A stretch of 38,099 bases of DNA from positions 960 through 39,058 of the forward strand of contig JAJYVC010000003.1 in assembly GCA_021792235.1 (NCBI GenBank), read 5' to 3'. This stretch comes from Candidatus Micrarchaeota archaeon (GTDB lineage: Archaea > Micrarchaeota > Micrarchaeia > Micrarchaeales > CABMGC01). The notes below the pieces were generated by a model that worked only from the letters and a program-made list of their open reading frames with translations, had not been told where the DNA came from and searched no databases. Position numbers and translations under genes: made by a program. Below are positions 36,951-38,099 of the stretch, piece after piece (the first letter of the stretch is position 1; every line of letters starts with the position of its first letter).

Positions 36951-38099
36951 TGGCCGTAGCCACCAAGAACGAGGAATTGAAGAAGCAGGGAAAGGTATCT
37001 GAAAGTTCCTTGAAGGGAATAGACCCGTCAGCACATGCAGACAAGTATCGTTCAGATGATATAAGTCATATCATAGAGCAGCTCACCGGAAACAAACTAT
37101 CAAGCGTAATGCTGAATGATATCTTCAACATGCTCTTCCTGCCACATCCAAGGCTCAGGGAGGGCTATCCGGAGCAGGACAAGGATTACTATGAGATGAT
37201 GTCAAGCCTTCTGCCACAGATACAGGCATCAGGCATAAAGTCTCGCACAGTGTCAAATGTGGAAGCTAGTACTGTGGCTACAGTGAACATAGCCATAAAC
37301 TTGATCAAGTCGCTGGAGGAGATGGCTGATGGACAGAATCCACGCGGACAGCAAGGCCAGCAGAACCAGCAGCAGTCCGGAGGGCAGCAGCAGAACGACG
37401 GATCACAATCAGGCCAGCAGTCTGGAAATCAGCAGAATGCAAACAGCCAGCAGGGCCGTCAGCAATCCCAGCAGAACCAGCAAGGCCAGCAGAATATGCA
37501 GCAATCAGCAAGCCTGAGCCAACGACAGGATTCGGATGACATAAATCCTGGCGATCAGGCTGATGCCGCGGAACTGCTCAAGAAGCTGCTGGAAAACAGC
37601 GCGATGATGAAGGAGCTGCAGAAGATGCTTGAAGACTTGCGCAAACAGATGCAACAACAATCCCGTTCAGGCATGATGTCCAACCTCTCAACCGGCCAGG
37701 TTCCGGAGAAGGCTGCCGAAGGCGCCATGAAGAAGGGCGGTGACCAGAATGAGAGTATGAAGGACCTTCAGGATCGCGCATCGCAGGCTGGAAAGGATCC
37801 CGGGAGCCTGGAGTTCAACAACTATGATGCCCTAGCATCGTATATCTCGAAGAGAACGGATATACGCGACCTGCTCAAAGTGCTTACCGGCATCTCCAAC
37901 CCTATGTCAACGACGAAGGATGACAGTCACTTTACAAGAGGCGAATATGGGGGATACGAGATAGGTTCGGATTTCAGATCCATAGCCGCATCAGCATACG
38001 CTTATCCGAAGGAGGTACTCTTTGCCCTGTACTCTCAGAAGAAGCTTCCGAAGTATGAACGGGTGGTTAGGGAGAATGAGAAGATAAGGTATGTCATAT
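36950..38099 (+). CDS. ViaA/CoxE-like partner (VWA domain expected beyond the window) with a Gln/Gly/Asn-rich linker; 3' truncated by the window end
   Basis: ATG overlaps the ATPase TGA. The frame is open to the end: MAVATKN...DIFNMLFLP.P...(Q-rich)...AGKDPG...GEYGGYEIGSDF...L..Y. The G...G.D pattern precedes the VWA domain in ViaA-type proteins. Not in the ORF track. Confidence 0.7.
   Translation, partial: MAVATKNEELKKQGKVSESSLKGIDPSAHADKYRSDDISHIIEQLTGNKLSSVMLNDIFNMLFLPHPRLREGYPEQDKDYYEMMSSLLPQIQASGIKSRTVSNVEASTVATVNIAINLIKSLEEMADGQNPRGQQGQQNQQQSGGQQQNDGSQSGQQSGNQQNANSQQGRQQSQQNQQGQQNMQQSASLSQRQDSDDINPGDQADAAELLKKLLENSAMMKELQKMLEDLRKQMQQQSRSGMMSNLSTGQVPEKAAEGAMKKGGDQNESMKDLQDRASQAGKDPGSLEFNNYDALASYISKRTDIRDLLKVLTGISNPMSTTKDDSHFTRGEYGGYEIGSDFRSIAASAYAYPKEVLFALYSQKKLPKYERVVRENEKIRYVI
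37331..37512 (+). repeat. Low-complexity CAG-rich tract encoding a Q/G/N/S-rich linker
   Basis: GQNPRGQQGQQNQQQSGGQQQNDGSQSGQQSGNQQNANSQQGRQQSQQNQQGQQNMQQS; cagcaaggccagcagaa occurs twice. Confidence 0.85.

Noticed and set aside
37331-37512. CAG-rich repeats considered as a CRISPR or tandem array
   Set aside because: They are irregular, in-frame codon repeats inside a CDS. No repeat-spacer periodicity or cas genes were seen anywhere in the window.

Overview
Archaeal chromosomal segment. Evidence: TBP-like gene, Rpo4/RpoF, rpl21e, EF-1beta, FtsZ, and a tRNA-Tyr with a 37/38 intron and a C1-G72 pair. Gene content and style suggest a DPANN lineage such as Micrarchaeota, but that is inference only. 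The window opens at the edge of a tRNA-Asp-integrated element; its tyrosine integrase is missing from the ORF track. Next comes a short insert between tRNA-Asp and tRNA-Tyr carrying a sucrose-phosphate phosphatase/synthase fusion in reversed domain order. The rest is mostly housekeeping: a membrane-bound double-AAA ATPase with an orphan NuoM-like subunit, a uppS/DUF2070/dolichol-kinase-like cluster, eno, apgM, apt, pyk, DedA, rpl21e, rpoF, MoxR, EF-1beta, a Rad50-like ATPase, ftsZ, PolX, and a RavA/ViaA-like pair running off the end. Three observations stand out. (1) A complete gene encodes only ONE TBP repeat. (2) The SPP-SPS fusion would give an archaeon a sucrose-type synthesis pathway. (3) An ACT-domain protein is divergent from an ArgA-like GNAT / ArgE-like / DDAH-like cluster, and a 16-bp palindrome TRTATC-N4-GATAY occurs three times in these promoters, twice at identical spacing to a second shared motif, suggesting a candidate undescribed regulon. 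All product calls come from motif recognition by eye; no database searches were run.
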